Source of the DNA: Candidatus Poribacteria bacterium | GTDB lineage: Bacteria; Poribacteria; WGA-4E; PCPOR2b | Reading direction: 5' to 3' | Assembly: GCA_965116925.1 (NCBI GenBank) | Contig: OZ220744.1 | Span: forward strand, 3,936,001-4,000,000 | Length of the DNA stretch: 64,000 nucleotides | Part shown: positions 9,903-20,700 of the stretch, one piece after another | How the letters are laid out: the number at the start of each line of letters is the position of its first letter | Position numbering within the stretch: position 1 is the first letter of the stretch | The notes under the pieces: model-generated | The model's input: only the letters and a program-made list of their open reading frames with translations | What the model was told of the DNA's origin: nothing | The model's database searches: none | Translations under genes and position numbers: made by a program

Positions 9903-10868
9903 ATGCAGAATATTGGCATAGAGTTTCCGGCACAGGGTGAAATGGCATTTTTTGATCTGGGACCGCCGCCAGCTCCAGACCCAACAGAGATACGGATTCG
10001 CACGCTCTATTCAGGTGTGACCAATGGTACCGAGCGGCATGCGTTGATGAATGACTTTGGTGGAACAAATTATCCTACTCGTGCCGGCTATCAGCACGTC
10101 GGCGTTGTCGACGGTGTGGGGAATCAGGTCGAAGCGTTTTCGGTGGGTGATGTCGTTTTTCTCGGTGTCCACGGGGGCCACCGTGGCTGGCATCTGGTAA
10201 ACGTTGAAACCACCAATGAAAGATCTCGACTCTGCATTAAACTTACCGACGATGTCGAACGTGAATTCTGTGCTCTCTTTGGCGTAGCCGGCGTAGGAAT
10301 GCGGCACTCCAGACGCCTTCGTGTTGGACCGGCCCATAATGTGTGGGTGGCAGGCTTAGGGCTTATTGGCCAATCTGTGGCACAGGCCTCGCGCGCCCTC
10401 GGTGCTTATGTGACCGTGACAGATGTCAATCCTCGGCGGCTTGAGGTTGCCAGAACGCTCGGCGCACACCGGGTGATAAACGTCTCAGAGCCATCTGAAG
10501 ACGAGGCGCTGAAGCACGGAGCTCCCTATGACCGCATCGTTGATGCCTGTGGGGCACCGACGTTATTTGAGGATATTTATAGGAATGACCTGCTTGCCCT
10601 ATACGGAGCCATCGGGGCCCTAGCTGGTCGGGGCGAGACGAAGTTCCATCAGAGCATGCTTCATTCCAAAAGGGCTTCAATTGAATCCTCATCTCACTTC
10701 ACACTCGAAGACCTACAGATTCTTTTACATTTTGTCCGGTTGGGTGTCATCCGAATCGCACCGCTGGTAACGCATCGGGTTTCAATAACAGAAGCACCGC
10801 GCATCTATGGGACGATGAAGAACAGGCCAGAGGCTCTGTTGGGTGTGATATTTGACTGGAAGTCCTGA
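9903..10868 (+). CDS. MDR (zinc-binding dehydrogenase-like) oxidoreductase
   Basis: GTE, GYQHVGVV, GLGLIGQ Rossmann motif. Confidence 0.85.
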   Translation: MQNIGIEFPAQGEMAFFDLGPPPAPDPTEIRIRTLYSGVTNGTERHALMNDFGGTNYPTRAGYQHVGVVDGVGNQVEAFSVGDVVFLGVHGGHRGWHLVNVETTNERSRLCIKLTDDVEREFCALFGVAGVGMRHSRRLRVGPAHNVWVAGLGLIGQSVAQASRALGAYVTVTDVNPRRLEVARTLGAHRVINVSEPSEDEALKHGAPYDRIVDACGAPTLFEDIYRNDLLALYGAIGALAGRGETKFHQSMLHSKRASIESSSHFTLEDLQILLHFVRLGVIRIAPLVTHRVSITEAPRIYGTMKNRPEALLGVIFDWKS

Positions 10869-10928
10869 TAGAGTGTGGGCAGACTTTTCGGAGAGTTCCT
10901 AGCAACTTGAAAGGAGTAGGTAAACGAC

Positions 10929-11837
10929 ATGGCGGCTCAAGAACGTATGGTATACATCAATGGAGAGATAGTTCCAGAGAGCGAAGGGAAGGTATCCTTC
11001 CGGGATCAGGGATTTGTGACCGGGGATGCGGTCTTCGATGCGACCCGCACCTTCGGCGGGGTGATATTCAAACTACAAGAACATCTGAATCGGTTGTACG
11101 ATTCGCTAAAATATATGCGCCTAGATCCAAGGATTTCCCGACAACAGATGGCAGATCTGACCATGCAGGTGCTCGCGGCAAATCAGCCCCTGTTAGGAGC
11201 AGATGATGACTACTGGGTGATACAGCGGATCAGCAGGGGAGTTGCCACGGGAACGGGCGAATATAAGCCGACGGTAATCATCGAGTGTAATCCTTTACCA
11301 TTTGCTGCGCGGGCACGGTATTACCGAGACGGTTTGAGCGTCGTCATCCCTTCGATAAGGCGAACGCCGCCGGAGTGCATGAGTCCTAGGGTCAAGGTGC
11401 ACAATTACATCAACCTCTTACTTGCCGATCAGGAGGTAAAGGCACAGAACCCGGACGCTTTTTCTATCTTGTTGGACATTAACGGTAATATCGCTGAGGG
11501 CCTTGGAAGCAACTTCTTCATTGTCAAAGACGGGGTAGTTGTCACACCCAAGGAGCAGTACGTCTTAGCAGGTATAAGCCGTGAGACTGTCATCGAGCTC
11601 GCCCAGGGTCTGAACATTGAGGCGCAAGAGGCAGACATTGATCTTTACGATGTCTACACAGCCGACGAGGCTTTTGTGACCTCCACCAGTTTTTGTCTCT
11701 GCTCTGTGTCCTCTATCAACGGTTCTACCATCGGTGATGGCAGTGTGCCGGGACCGGTTACCGACCAAATCCAGACAGCGTATAGTGATCTTGTGGGAAT
11801 AGACATTGTAAAACAGTATTTGAAGCGACTCGGTTGA
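10929..11837 (+). CDS. Class IV PLP aminotransferase (IlvE/PabC-like)
   Basis: DQGF..GD.VF, HLNRL, KVHNY, EGLGSNFF, LAGISR, ADEAFVTST. Confidence 0.92.
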   Translation: MAAQERMVYINGEIVPESEGKVSFRDQGFVTGDAVFDATRTFGGVIFKLQEHLNRLYDSLKYMRLDPRISRQQMADLTMQVLAANQPLLGADDDYWVIQRISRGVATGTGEYKPTVIIECNPLPFAARARYYRDGLSVVIPSIRRTPPECMSPRVKVHNYINLLLADQEVKAQNPDAFSILLDINGNIAEGLGSNFFIVKDGVVVTPKEQYVLAGISRETVIELAQGLNIEAQEADIDLYDVYTADEAFVTSTSFCLCSVSSINGSTIGDGSVPGPVTDQIQTAYSDLVGIDIVKQYLKRLG

Positions 11838-11873
11838 CCAAGGCTTTGGCTCAAAACGATACGCCCTCGTATA

Positions 11874-13856
11874 TTAAGGGAAAAATAGGTATAAAGAGAT
11901 AGTGGTTGGAATATCCAAAATACTCCAGAGGCTACCCAAGATATAGTCTCCTAACGCGAGCCCCAGAAAGAATGGGATTGCGCGTCGATATGCGTTGAAT
12001 CCGCTATAGCGCAAGATGATAGCCTTGCACACCCAAGCGACAAAGAGACAGCACCAAAGGTTCGCCATCCCCCAACTCTGTGCTGTGGCATAGCCGAGTG
12101 GATGGAGCGGCCACCACAGAAAGCGTGCTCGCAAAAACATCAATAAGACGGTAAACACAAGCCCACCGCCCATAAAGGCAAGTGCTGGTCGATCTGGCTC
12201 TTTAGGAGAGTTCAGCCAATTCTCAAGCTGCACATAGACATCACGCCCAAACCCCAATACAGCGGGATCAAAGTATCCAGATTCCGCGCCATGTCGATAG
12301 TAGATATCCAACAAAAGCCAAAAAGTTACCGCCGATCCGATCACTGTCGCGAGCAGAATCGCAACAGCAGTATGACGCGGGTTAATCTGCCGCCTTTCCG
12401 AGATTTTCAAGGCTTCCAGCTGCTCCGGCATTGGATTTGCCCAGTTGGCGCGATTGAAGAACATGTACAGCGAAAAGACGGTCAACGTGCTGGTATTAAG
12501 TCGCCATGTGCCAACACCGACAACAATCATATTATGTGGACTGATGAACTTCAAACCGTGTACTAGGAACCCCAACTCTGCCCTTAGCCGCGTTACCATT
12601 ATTGATATCAAAAAATAGATCGCGAAGAAAATTGGGATCACCCACAGCGACATGCCTGCTTTGTAGGAAAATACCATTAGAAAAATCAGACCAAGTAGGA
12701 TACCCACGCAAGCAAGGCGATATGACATCGGTTCACCGGAATCATCAAGTTGCGATGGGGAGGCACGGGAACTGAACAGATGACGCACTAGCCCTTTGAT
12801 ATGTGATCTGCCAGTCCAGAGGACGAATCCTAGCAGCCCCATATATACACCGAAGGCCTGTTCGGCAGGATAAGGGAAGCGCGGCAGACCTCGCCAGCCC
12901 ATAATGCTACCAATCATTAGTTCGATTTTGTAGATCCAGAAAAATGCCCAGCATGAAAATAGGAGATCCAGCGGTATAAGAAAGCCAATTCCAATCGCAA
13001 AAGGATAGAACGCGACCTGCACACCGCCCATCCCGTTCCAAGGGCGGGTGGTAAAATAGTGACTGATGCTCTGGCGTTTGACAGGGATATAGGGAATAAT
13101 TGGGTTGATGGAATGGAGCAGGTTTACAATACTAATCAGGGCAGCGATGCCGAAACCGAGCCACATCAACCTATTTCTGAAGAATCCTAACTTTGGATTG
13201 GTCATCTCTAACGGGAGTTGAGTCAGAGGGTAGGTCAACCGCTCGCGCTCGATCCACTGGATTCGTAACAGCGCATTGATACACAGCATCACAACCATCC
13301 ACGCAAAGACAAACGCCATCCACGCCACCGCCGGACCAAGCCACGCCTTTATATATCTCTCAACGTAGAGACTTGTTCCCCCTTCATAAAGCGCAGTCAC
13401 CGCTTTTTCATCGTGAACGGTGAGCCACTCTGGAAGTTGTCGCCAAAACAGTTGACGCCATTCGTTTTCGGGACTGGCAAACCGGAACGCATGCGCCATG
13501 ATCGGCACGAAAATCTCCATACAGTCGTACGAACAGAGGGTGGAGACAATACACAGCATGAAGTAGATTGTGAGGAGTTCCTGTTGGGAAAGACCGAGTT
13601 TGGGGGAAATTTTACCGAATATCCACCCGATCAAAACAAGCCAAAAAATCGTAAAAATGACATGTGAGAGCGGATGAACGAGCGTTGGGAAGGTATGGCG
13701 AACCACTTCAAGCTGAATGATCCACGCAACGGTGATCGGAATTAGCAGGAAAGCGATAACGAATGATTTAAGCGTTAAACCACTCTGGAAGGGCACAGGG
13801 GTATTTTCGATTAGGGTAAAACGGGGATTTTGAGGTTCTGTCGATATATTTTTCAT
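11874..13856 (-). CDS. Polytopic membrane protein, DUF6785/DUF6784-like putative transporter (paralog 1)
   Basis: Many TM helices; ERLTYP, RLRAELG, PMPEQLE, WWPLHPLGY. Confidence 0.85.
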   Translation of the reverse strand: MKNISTEPQNPRFTLIENTPVPFQSGLTLKSFVIAFLLIPITVAWIIQLEVVRHTFPTLVHPLSHVIFTIFWLVLIGWIFGKISPKLGLSQQELLTIYFMLCIVSTLCSYDCMEIFVPIMAHAFRFASPENEWRQLFWRQLPEWLTVHDEKAVTALYEGGTSLYVERYIKAWLGPAVAWMAFVFAWMVVMLCINALLRIQWIERERLTYPLTQLPLEMTNPKLGFFRNRLMWLGFGIAALISIVNLLHSINPIIPYIPVKRQSISHYFTTRPWNGMGGVQVAFYPFAIGIGFLIPLDLLFSCWAFFWIYKIELMIGSIMGWRGLPRFPYPAEQAFGVYMGLLGFVLWTGRSHIKGLVRHLFSSRASPSQLDDSGEPMSYRLACVGILLGLIFLMVFSYKAGMSLWVIPIFFAIYFLISIMVTRLRAELGFLVHGLKFISPHNMIVVGVGTWRLNTSTLTVFSLYMFFNRANWANPMPEQLEALKISERRQINPRHTAVAILLATVIGSAVTFWLLLDIYYRHGAESGYFDPAVLGFGRDVYVQLENWLNSPKEPDRPALAFMGGGLVFTVLLMFLRARFLWWPLHPLGYATAQSWGMANLWCCLFVAWVCKAIILRYSGFNAYRRAIPFFLGLALGDYILGSLWSILDIPTTISLYLFFP

Positions 13857-13893
13857 CTCACCAACTATATGTGTTGATATCCACTACAAAGAG

Positions 13894-14294
13894 TAGGACT
13901 TACGCAGTTAAAAGATAAGGTGTTAAGGTAGCATGAGTTAGATTAAAAAGGTTACGTTTCGCCTGCGAAAATCAAATTTTCCCAATTTTCCCGCGCAAAT
14001 GGGAAAATTGTCCCTATTTCAGCATGAAACGTTTCGTCATGCTCGCCAAATCGTATTACAAACAGTTACAACCAATTACATATTGTCTTCATCTTATGGT
14101 TGGGATTCTTATTGTTGATTGCAAATTGTGTAGGAGTTACGCACTTCCGTAGGGAACGCAGATCTGCGTTCCCTACGAACTCCTTGAGGGTGCCTCCACT
14201 GTAGTTGCCCGATTCATCAGGTGTTGGACATTGTGTCCTGCGGCGATAAATCGCCGAACTACAAGGTTTTGAGCACTCAACTGCGTCAGTCCTA
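13894..14294. mobile_element. Composite MITE (family C) carrying REP-like hairpins
   Basis: TIR TAGGACTTACGCAGTT / AACTGCGTCAGTCCTA; flanks ACAAAGAG / ACAAACAG; internal GTAGGGAACGCAGATCTGCGTTCCCTAC. Confidence 0.7.
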
Positions 14295-14324
14295 ACAAAC
14301 AGCTTAGAACAACTGGTCTGTCCG

Positions 14325-16244
14325 CTAGGGAAAAAATTGATACAGAGTCGTGTTGGTTGCAATACTAATAATACTCCAAAGGCTGCCAAACATATAGTCT
14401 CCTAGGGCAAGTCCTAAAAAGAAGGGAATCGCCTGTCGGTATGCTCTAAGTCCGCCGTGGTGCAGGATAATTGCTTTCGCTATCCATGCAACAAAGAGAC
14501 AAGCCCACAGATTGAACATCCCCCAGCTATTTGCCATGGCATAGCCGAGTGGATGGAGGGGCCACCACAGAAAGCGCGTCCTTAGGAACATGAGTAGTGT
14601 TGCGAGACCGAGTCCGCCGCCCATGAAAGCGATAGCTGGAACATCTGTCTCTCGGGGGTAGCTCAGCCATGTTTCGAGTTGGCCATAGATGGCGCGTCCA
14701 TATCCTAGTGCCCATGGTCCATAGTACCCGGTTTCTGCGCCGTGTCGGTAGTAGTTGTCTAACAACACCCAAAAAACACTCACGGATCCAATTAAGGTGG
14801 CAAGTAGAATCGCTGCAGCTATATGACGCGGATTAATATTTCGTCTTTCAGCAATTTTCAAGCCTTCCAGTTGTGGGGGCATCGGATGAGCTCGATAGGC
14901 ACGATTGAAAAACTGATATAACGAAAAGACGGTCAATGTGCTCGATCCGAGGCGGCGTGTTCCAAATACGGTGACGAGCGTGTTGTGCGGGTCAATGTAA
15001 TGTAAATCGTGTACTAAAAAACCCAATTCCGCACGGAGTCTCGCAATCATTATCGCGACTAGAAAGTAAATCGCGAAAAAGATCGGCGTAACCCACAAGG
15101 ACATCCCCGCCCTGTAGGAAAATACCATCAAGAATATCAATCCAATAACTATGCCGGCGACTGCCAAGCGATATGGCATCGGTTCACGGGAATCATCAAG
15201 TGAAGATAAACCTAGCAGATGGCGCACCAACCCTTTGAAATGGATTCTGCCGATCCACAACACAAATACGAGCAGTGCAACGTAGACACCCAATGCTTGT
15301 TCGTTGAAATAGGGAAAACGCGGCAGATTGCGCCACCCCATTATGTTGCCGATCATTAGCTCGATTTTATAGACTCCGTAAAACATCCAGCATGAGAAGA
15401 GGAGATCTAGTGGTATGAGGAAACCAATACCGATGACAAAGGGATAGAACGAAACCCGGAAGGAGCCCATCGCATTCCAAGGGCGGCCGGTGAAATATTG
15501 ATGTAGATTCTGACGCTTGACGGGAATATAGGGAACGGCGGGGTAAATCGAATTGAGCAGATTCATTATACTAATCACTGCAGCGATGCTGAAGCCAAGC
15601 CACATCAGTTTATTCTTGAAGAACCTGTTGCTGGTATCTGTCATTTCTAGTGGAAGTTGAATAATTGGGTAGGTCAACCGTTCCCGCTCCGTCCACTGAA
15701 TCCGTAACAGCGTATTGATGCACAGCATCACAAACATCAGCACAAAGATAAATACGATGTATGCCAGCGCGGGGCGGAGCCACGCATACAGGTGCCGTCT
15801 TATATAGAAGCTAGATCCCCCTTCGTAATAGGAGGTTAGTGCCTTTTCATCTTGGACGGTGAGCCAAGCGGGCAGTTCCTTCCAGAACAGTTCGCGCCAT
15901 TGATTTTCAGGTGTTGCAAAGCGGAAGGGATGCCCCAAAATGGTGATTAAGATTTGCATCGTGTCAGCCGAGCAGAGAGCCGATACGACGCCCAACATGA
16001 CATAGATCGTTAGAAGCTCTGGCGGACTAATTCCAAGCTTGGGGGAGATTTTCTTGAGGATGGCTCCAATCAGAATTAGCCAAAACAGAATGAAAACGAC
16101 ATTTGATAGCGGATGGACGAGCGTGGGAAATGTATAACGAACGACTTCAAGTTGAACAACGAAGTAAATATTGATCGGAATGAGGCACAGTGTGATAAAA
16201 AAGGATTTGAGCGTCAGACCGTTGTGGAAGGTCGTTTCGGGCAC
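14325..16244 (-). CDS. DUF6785/DUF6784-like putative transporter (paralog 2)
   Basis: Close paralog of 11874..13856; GTG start at 16244 has RBS GGAGG, while the track ATG lies inside a MITE. Confidence 0.85.
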   Translation of the reverse strand: MPETTFHNGLTLKSFFITLCLIPINIYFVVQLEVVRYTFPTLVHPLSNVVFILFWLILIGAILKKISPKLGISPPELLTIYVMLGVVSALCSADTMQILITILGHPFRFATPENQWRELFWKELPAWLTVQDEKALTSYYEGGSSFYIRRHLYAWLRPALAYIVFIFVLMFVMLCINTLLRIQWTERERLTYPIIQLPLEMTDTSNRFFKNKLMWLGFSIAAVISIMNLLNSIYPAVPYIPVKRQNLHQYFTGRPWNAMGSFRVSFYPFVIGIGFLIPLDLLFSCWMFYGVYKIELMIGNIMGWRNLPRFPYFNEQALGVYVALLVFVLWIGRIHFKGLVRHLLGLSSLDDSREPMPYRLAVAGIVIGLIFLMVFSYRAGMSLWVTPIFFAIYFLVAIMIARLRAELGFLVHDLHYIDPHNTLVTVFGTRRLGSSTLTVFSLYQFFNRAYRAHPMPPQLEGLKIAERRNINPRHIAAAILLATLIGSVSVFWVLLDNYYRHGAETGYYGPWALGYGRAIYGQLETWLSYPRETDVPAIAFMGGGLGLATLLMFLRTRFLWWPLHPLGYAMANSWGMFNLWACLFVAWIAKAIILHHGGLRAYRQAIPFFLGLALGDYMFGSLWSIISIATNTTLYQFFP

Positions 16245-16282
16245 TGTGTTATGCCTCCAATGGAGGTGATGAAAACAACGTT

Positions 16283-16397
16283 GGTTCATGTAAAAACGGA
16301 GTGCAATTACGATGAACGCGTTGACGGCGGGGCAAGATGCCCCGCCTACGGTTTTTGAGGTAAGTCAATGCTTTTGCACGAATTCTTAACATGAGCC
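16283..16397. mobile_element. MITE family B
   Basis: GGTTCATGTAAAAA...TTAACATGAGCC, flanked by 8-bp direct repeat ACAACGTT. Confidence 0.8.
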
Positions 16398-16448
16398 ACA
16401 ACGTTAAACTCACTATGGGCTTTATGAAAGTGACACGCAGCTCTTCTC

Positions 16449-16476
16449 ATTATAGATTGTAATAAGGAAAAGTCAA
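16449..16476 (-). promoter_or_regulatory. Sigma70-type promoter
   Basis: TTGACT-16-TATAAT upstream of paralog 2. Confidence 0.55.
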
Positions 16477-16548
16477 GCGGTACTGTCAGGTGAGCCTCCT
16501 ATTGGAAATGATATTGGATGAGAATAGAGTTAATGAGGATTTTCGCAC

Positions 16549-18465
16549 TCACCAGATAAACCGATACATCGGTCTCTGTACAATCACACCAATTAGTGCC
16601 CATACACCTCCGAGCAGAAACTCGCCGAAGAGCATTCCGAGAAAGAACGGTGCTAGGCGACGAAACGTCCTTATGCCTCCAAAGCGGAGGATGCACAACT
16701 TAATCACCCAAGCGACGAGCACCGAAGACCAAAAAAAGTTGACCGCCCATGTGCCTGTGATGCCGTACCCAACGGGATAGAGGGGCCACCAAACGAAACG
16801 ATGACGTAAGGCGGTGAGAGCGAAGGTGAAGAGCGTACCGAAGAGCATTGCCAAGATTCCCAAGATGTCCACAGGCATCGGGTTGGTGAGCCAACTCTGA
16901 GTTCGTCGAAAGACACCACCGCCCCAAAACGCCACCGCACCGGATTCGTAACCGAGCTGCAATCCACCCCAGAACAACGGCAATGGGCTGATGACAACAG
17001 CGATTAGTATCGCGAATCCGACACGACGCGTTGAGATACCCGCCCGCTCGGCGAGTTTCAGTGCTTCCAGTTGCGGCGGCATGGCATTGCCCCGATAGGC
17101 GCGATTGAAAGGAAACACGAGCGCGAACAGGCTGAGGTTTCTAGGACCGACTCGCCGCATACCAAACATCTGTGGAATTAAGACATCAGGTCCCATCCTG
17201 CGGAGATCATGAAGGGGCGGTCCAAGTTCGGCGCGGATGCGGGCTGTAACGGTCACGGTTATAAAATGGATGATAAAAACTAGGACAGCAACCCAGAGCG
17301 ACATCCCGGCTACTACCCAAAAACCGATTAACAGCAGGAAACCGATAATTATTCCGAGGACTGCGGTACGATAAGAAATCGGTTCGTTAGACTCAGACGC
17401 TTTTTCGCCGTGCCACGCGCCTATCAGTACATTTCGTATATGATGCCGTGCACTCCAAAACACTAGAATCAGTACACCGACACAAACGCCAAACGATTGT
17501 TCAAAGATATAGGGAAAATTGGGGATCTGCTGAAACCCGAGAATACTCCCCATGATCAACTCAAATTTCCAAAAGATATAGAAAAACCAGAACGCGAAAG
17601 AGAGATCGAGCGGCATAAAATATGCCATCCCAACAGCAAAGGGGAAGAGCGTCACAGGTGTCCACCCGATAGCGTTCCACGGTTTCGTAGTAAAATAGGG
17701 TTGCAGATCAAAAAAATCGCCACCGAGTCCTGGGATGGCTGGATACAAGAAATGCAGCGCGTTGACGATGTCCATACCACCAGCGAGAATCGCCCCAGCC
17801 CACATCAATCGATTCCGAAAGAAACCTTTGGCAGTCATCTGCTGCGGAAGTTCGATAATTGGGTAGCTGAGTCGTTCTATCTCAATCCACTGTTTCCGCA
17901 TAACGACGTTGATGCAAAATGCTGTGCACACAAGGACGACAATAAACCCAGACCACGAAAGGACAGGCTTCCACCATAACCGAAGATGCTCGTCAAGGTA
18001 AAGGGTCGATTCACCGATAAAATAGGTTCTGAGGCTGTTTTTGTCGGTCAACGCCAGCCAATCGGGGAAGTAACGGTGAAACAACGTTGCCCATTCGTTC
18101 TCCTCAGTTGCCATCCAACCACCGACGGCGATATGTGTGATAATTACGGCGAAGAAATCCGCACCGGCGATTGCGGTAGCGACGGAGAGCATGGCGTAGA
18201 AGGTCAGCAATTCGCCTTGTGTCAATGCCAGTCGCGGTGAATATAGGGAAATTCCATAATTCAACACGAGCAGAATCGCAAAGATAAAAATCACATTGAA
18301 GAAGAGCGACATGGTCGTCGGGAGTCCCTGTGCCCACCGCAACATCGCGTAAACCCAATAGTTATTAAAGGGGATGATAGCCACCGCCAGCCAGATTACA
18401 CGCCAACGGATTTCTGGCTGAGGGCGGCGGGTCGAAGCGGGAAAACGATTGTCTGTCGGACTCAA
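16549..18465 (-). CDS. DUF6785/DUF6784-like putative transporter (paralog 3)
   Basis: ERLSYP, RIRAELG, AMPPQLE, WWPLYPVGY. Confidence 0.85.
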   Translation of the reverse strand: MSPTDNRFPASTRRPQPEIRWRVIWLAVAIIPFNNYWVYAMLRWAQGLPTTMSLFFNVIFIFAILLVLNYGISLYSPRLALTQGELLTFYAMLSVATAIAGADFFAVIITHIAVGGWMATEENEWATLFHRYFPDWLALTDKNSLRTYFIGESTLYLDEHLRLWWKPVLSWSGFIVVLVCTAFCINVVMRKQWIEIERLSYPIIELPQQMTAKGFFRNRLMWAGAILAGGMDIVNALHFLYPAIPGLGGDFFDLQPYFTTKPWNAIGWTPVTLFPFAVGMAYFMPLDLSFAFWFFYIFWKFELIMGSILGFQQIPNFPYIFEQSFGVCVGVLILVFWSARHHIRNVLIGAWHGEKASESNEPISYRTAVLGIIIGFLLLIGFWVVAGMSLWVAVLVFIIHFITVTVTARIRAELGPPLHDLRRMGPDVLIPQMFGMRRVGPRNLSLFALVFPFNRAYRGNAMPPQLEALKLAERAGISTRRVGFAILIAVVISPLPLFWGGLQLGYESGAVAFWGGGVFRRTQSWLTNPMPVDILGILAMLFGTLFTFALTALRHRFVWWPLYPVGYGITGTWAVNFFWSSVLVAWVIKLCILRFGGIRTFRRLAPFFLGMLFGEFLLGGVWALIGVIVQRPMYRFIW

Positions 18466-18540
18466 TGTGATTCTTTCTTGGACTGGTTACTCGGCGTAAT
18501 GTGTAAGAAAAACCCTTACGCATTATTCCTTCGGGGATAT

Positions 18541-19641
18541 TTATGCGGAGGCGATTGTTAACTCCCTCATCTTGTCATCGTCCAACTCGATGCCCAAACC
18601 AGGTCCCTCTGGTGGATACAGGTGGCTCTCCTCGGCTCGGATGCGCTCTTTGGCAGGTGAAACTGTATAGAGTAGGGGACCAGCAGGGTCAGCAGGAATA
18701 TCGAGGTTCGGCACCGAAACTCCGAGATGCACTGCCCCGGCTGTGCCCACGGTTGAATCCTGATCGGTCGAAAGCAAGGTCTTCAAGCCCGCGGCTTCTG
18801 CTAGCGCGAACATCCGGCGCACGTAAGTCGGTCCATACCAAACCCACGCCAAGTTAAGGACGGTGCACGCCCCACGCTCAATTGCCTCGTAACCCTGCTC
18901 TAGGGTGTTGATATGGAGACTCACCGGTACATCTATTCGCTTGACAAAGTCTGCACATACCCGCAAATTGTTTGATGGTTGTTCAAAATTATACGGGTTA
19001 TGGTGACGTAGCACGTCTGCATAGCGCAGGGCGGTCTCCCAATCTGAGAAACGTCCGGAGAAATCGAAGGCTTTGAGTTTGATCTTGTCCCCGAAACGGT
19101 CTTTCATCTCGGTGATGAACCGGTTGTCCCGATCGGCGTCCCCTGAAACGTAGTAGCGAAACAGATGATGCCCCAAATCCACTAGCCGCTGTAGATAGTG
19201 AGCATTCCGCTCAAAGCCGTCCTCTAGGTGCACCCCGATGATTGGATAGCAGAAGTACACGCTGTCTCGCACTTTCCCACCCATTAAATTGTGGGCTGGC
19301 ACACCCTGGGCCTTGCCGTTGAGATCGTACAGTGCGATGTCGATGGCGGCTGTTATGTGCGAGTTGAAGACTGTGCTCTCAAAGTCCTGCGCCCGCATCA
19401 ATTCATTAATCTCGGTAATCCGAGTAGCGTCGCGTCCAACCAACAAATCGTTGTAGCGCTTTGTTAGCGCGCCTAGATCGTCAGCCTTGCTGTCCGGCGC
19501 CTCTCCTAGCCCTACAAGTCCGTCAGCCACATGCAGCTTTACGACAACGTGGCCTGATGGTGCTTCGCCTGTGTCAACGGGGTATTTTTGGTAATAGCGC
19601 GGGGTTTCAATCTGGAACGTTTCGATTTTCGTAATTTTCAT
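18541..19641 (-). CDS. Mandelate racemase/muconate lactonizing enzyme family protein
   Basis: MKITKIE, GLGE, AAIDIALYDL.GK, FEQP, PEGPGLGIELD. Confidence 0.88.
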   Translation of the reverse strand: MKITKIETFQIETPRYYQKYPVDTGEAPSGHVVVKLHVADGLVGLGEAPDSKADDLGALTKRYNDLLVGRDATRITEINELMRAQDFESTVFNSHITAAIDIALYDLNGKAQGVPAHNLMGGKVRDSVYFCYPIIGVHLEDGFERNAHYLQRLVDLGHHLFRYYVSGDADRDNRFITEMKDRFGDKIKLKAFDFSGRFSDWETALRYADVLRHHNPYNFEQPSNNLRVCADFVKRIDVPVSLHINTLEQGYEAIERGACTVLNLAWVWYGPTYVRRMFALAEAAGLKTLLSTDQDSTVGTAGAVHLGVSVPNLDIPADPAGPLLYTVSPAKERIRAEESHLYPPEGPGLGIELDDDKMRELTIASA

Positions 19642-19691
19642 TTGTTTTCCCTTTCAGTGGCTAACAATAGTGCAAAGCGATGGTAGCATCA

Positions 19692-20531
19692 TCACGACCA
19701 GACAAAAATTTCTTCATCGTCCGGGGACATGCCAAAGAAGGCAGCGAGCACAATGCGCGGCTTCTCACCCACTACCGGCGGCACTTCATGGATATTTTCA
19801 GAGAAAAAGAAGTAAAGGTCGCCGGGTTCGAGTTGAATTTGAGCACGGGGAATACCTTGGTCAACGACATATTGGCTAAACGTGCCGGCGGTGATATATT
19901 CCTGCACAACGGGTGTCCAAGGACAGTTATAGAGGAAGGGTTCTCCATTTTCACCCTCATTTTCGGAGTTCTGGAAGCACATTACCCCAGCCAACTGATG
20001 CTGGAACCGCGCGACCTGATAATGGAACAGCTTCTGTCGTTTTGCTACGGAATCAAAGTGCGGTCCGTGTCCTCTGTCGGCATAATAGGCGCGAAAAACG
20101 GCGGGACCGTAGAGGCGTCCGTCCGGCTCGCGAGCGGTCATCACGCGCTTGTCCGGTGCCAGACACGACAACATCTTGTAGAAGGTGTTCACTGGATCGT
20201 CATACCCGTTAAACAGGGTTTTGAAAAGTTCGTGGGTGTCGGCAGCGTAGGCGAAGAGTTTGTCGGGATCGGCATTGTACCTAACGAAAGCGGGACCAAC
20301 GTACACAGGTCTGTTACTCTCTTCGTTGTTTTCAGTTGGACGAGGATCGTATATCAAGCCACGTTCATAGAGTCTCTCTATAAGACCCACACAGTGCTCC
20401 GGGTTGAAAGCTTGGCGGAGGACAATTGCCGGTACTTTGCCTGATACCAACGCATTGAGAGGATTTGGATATTTCTCTAATATTTCTTGTAGACTACCTT
20501 CAGCAGGTGCCCACGCATGGGGTGCTGTCAT
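19692..20531 (-). CDS. 2OG-Fe(II) oxygenase
   Basis: PHFDS (HxD), PGDLYFF, IHEV, R.V. Confidence 0.75.
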   Translation of the reverse strand: MTAPHAWAPAEGSLQEILEKYPNPLNALVSGKVPAIVLRQAFNPEHCVGLIERLYERGLIYDPRPTENNEESNRPVYVGPAFVRYNADPDKLFAYAADTHELFKTLFNGYDDPVNTFYKMLSCLAPDKRVMTAREPDGRLYGPAVFRAYYADRGHGPHFDSVAKRQKLFHYQVARFQHQLAGVMCFQNSENEGENGEPFLYNCPWTPVVQEYITAGTFSQYVVDQGIPRAQIQLEPGDLYFFFSENIHEVPPVVGEKPRIVLAAFFGMSPDDEEIFVWS

Positions 20532-20595
20532 TGCTCGATCCTTTCTTCAAATAATGGCATGAGAATATCACAATGCGGATTGTTCAAAAGTTAAA

Positions 20596-20686
20596 GGCTC
20601 ATATAAAAAGAAAGTGCAAAGTACGAAGAGAAACCGAGTTTTCAAGAAAAAACTCGGTTTCTTTGCACTAAATCTTAACATGAGCG
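20596..20686. mobile_element. MITE family B
   Basis: Family B TIRs; 8-bp direct repeat AAGTTAAA; core GAAACCGAGTTTT...AAAACTCGGTTTC. Confidence 0.8.
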
Positions 20687-20700
20687 AAGTTAAAATAAGA

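Noticed and set aside
19680..20444. 254-aa plus-strand ORF and other long shadow ORFs (e.g. 38422..39162, 40011..40568, 53814..54302)
   Set aside because: They overlap well-supported genes antisense or out of frame and carry no recognisable motifs
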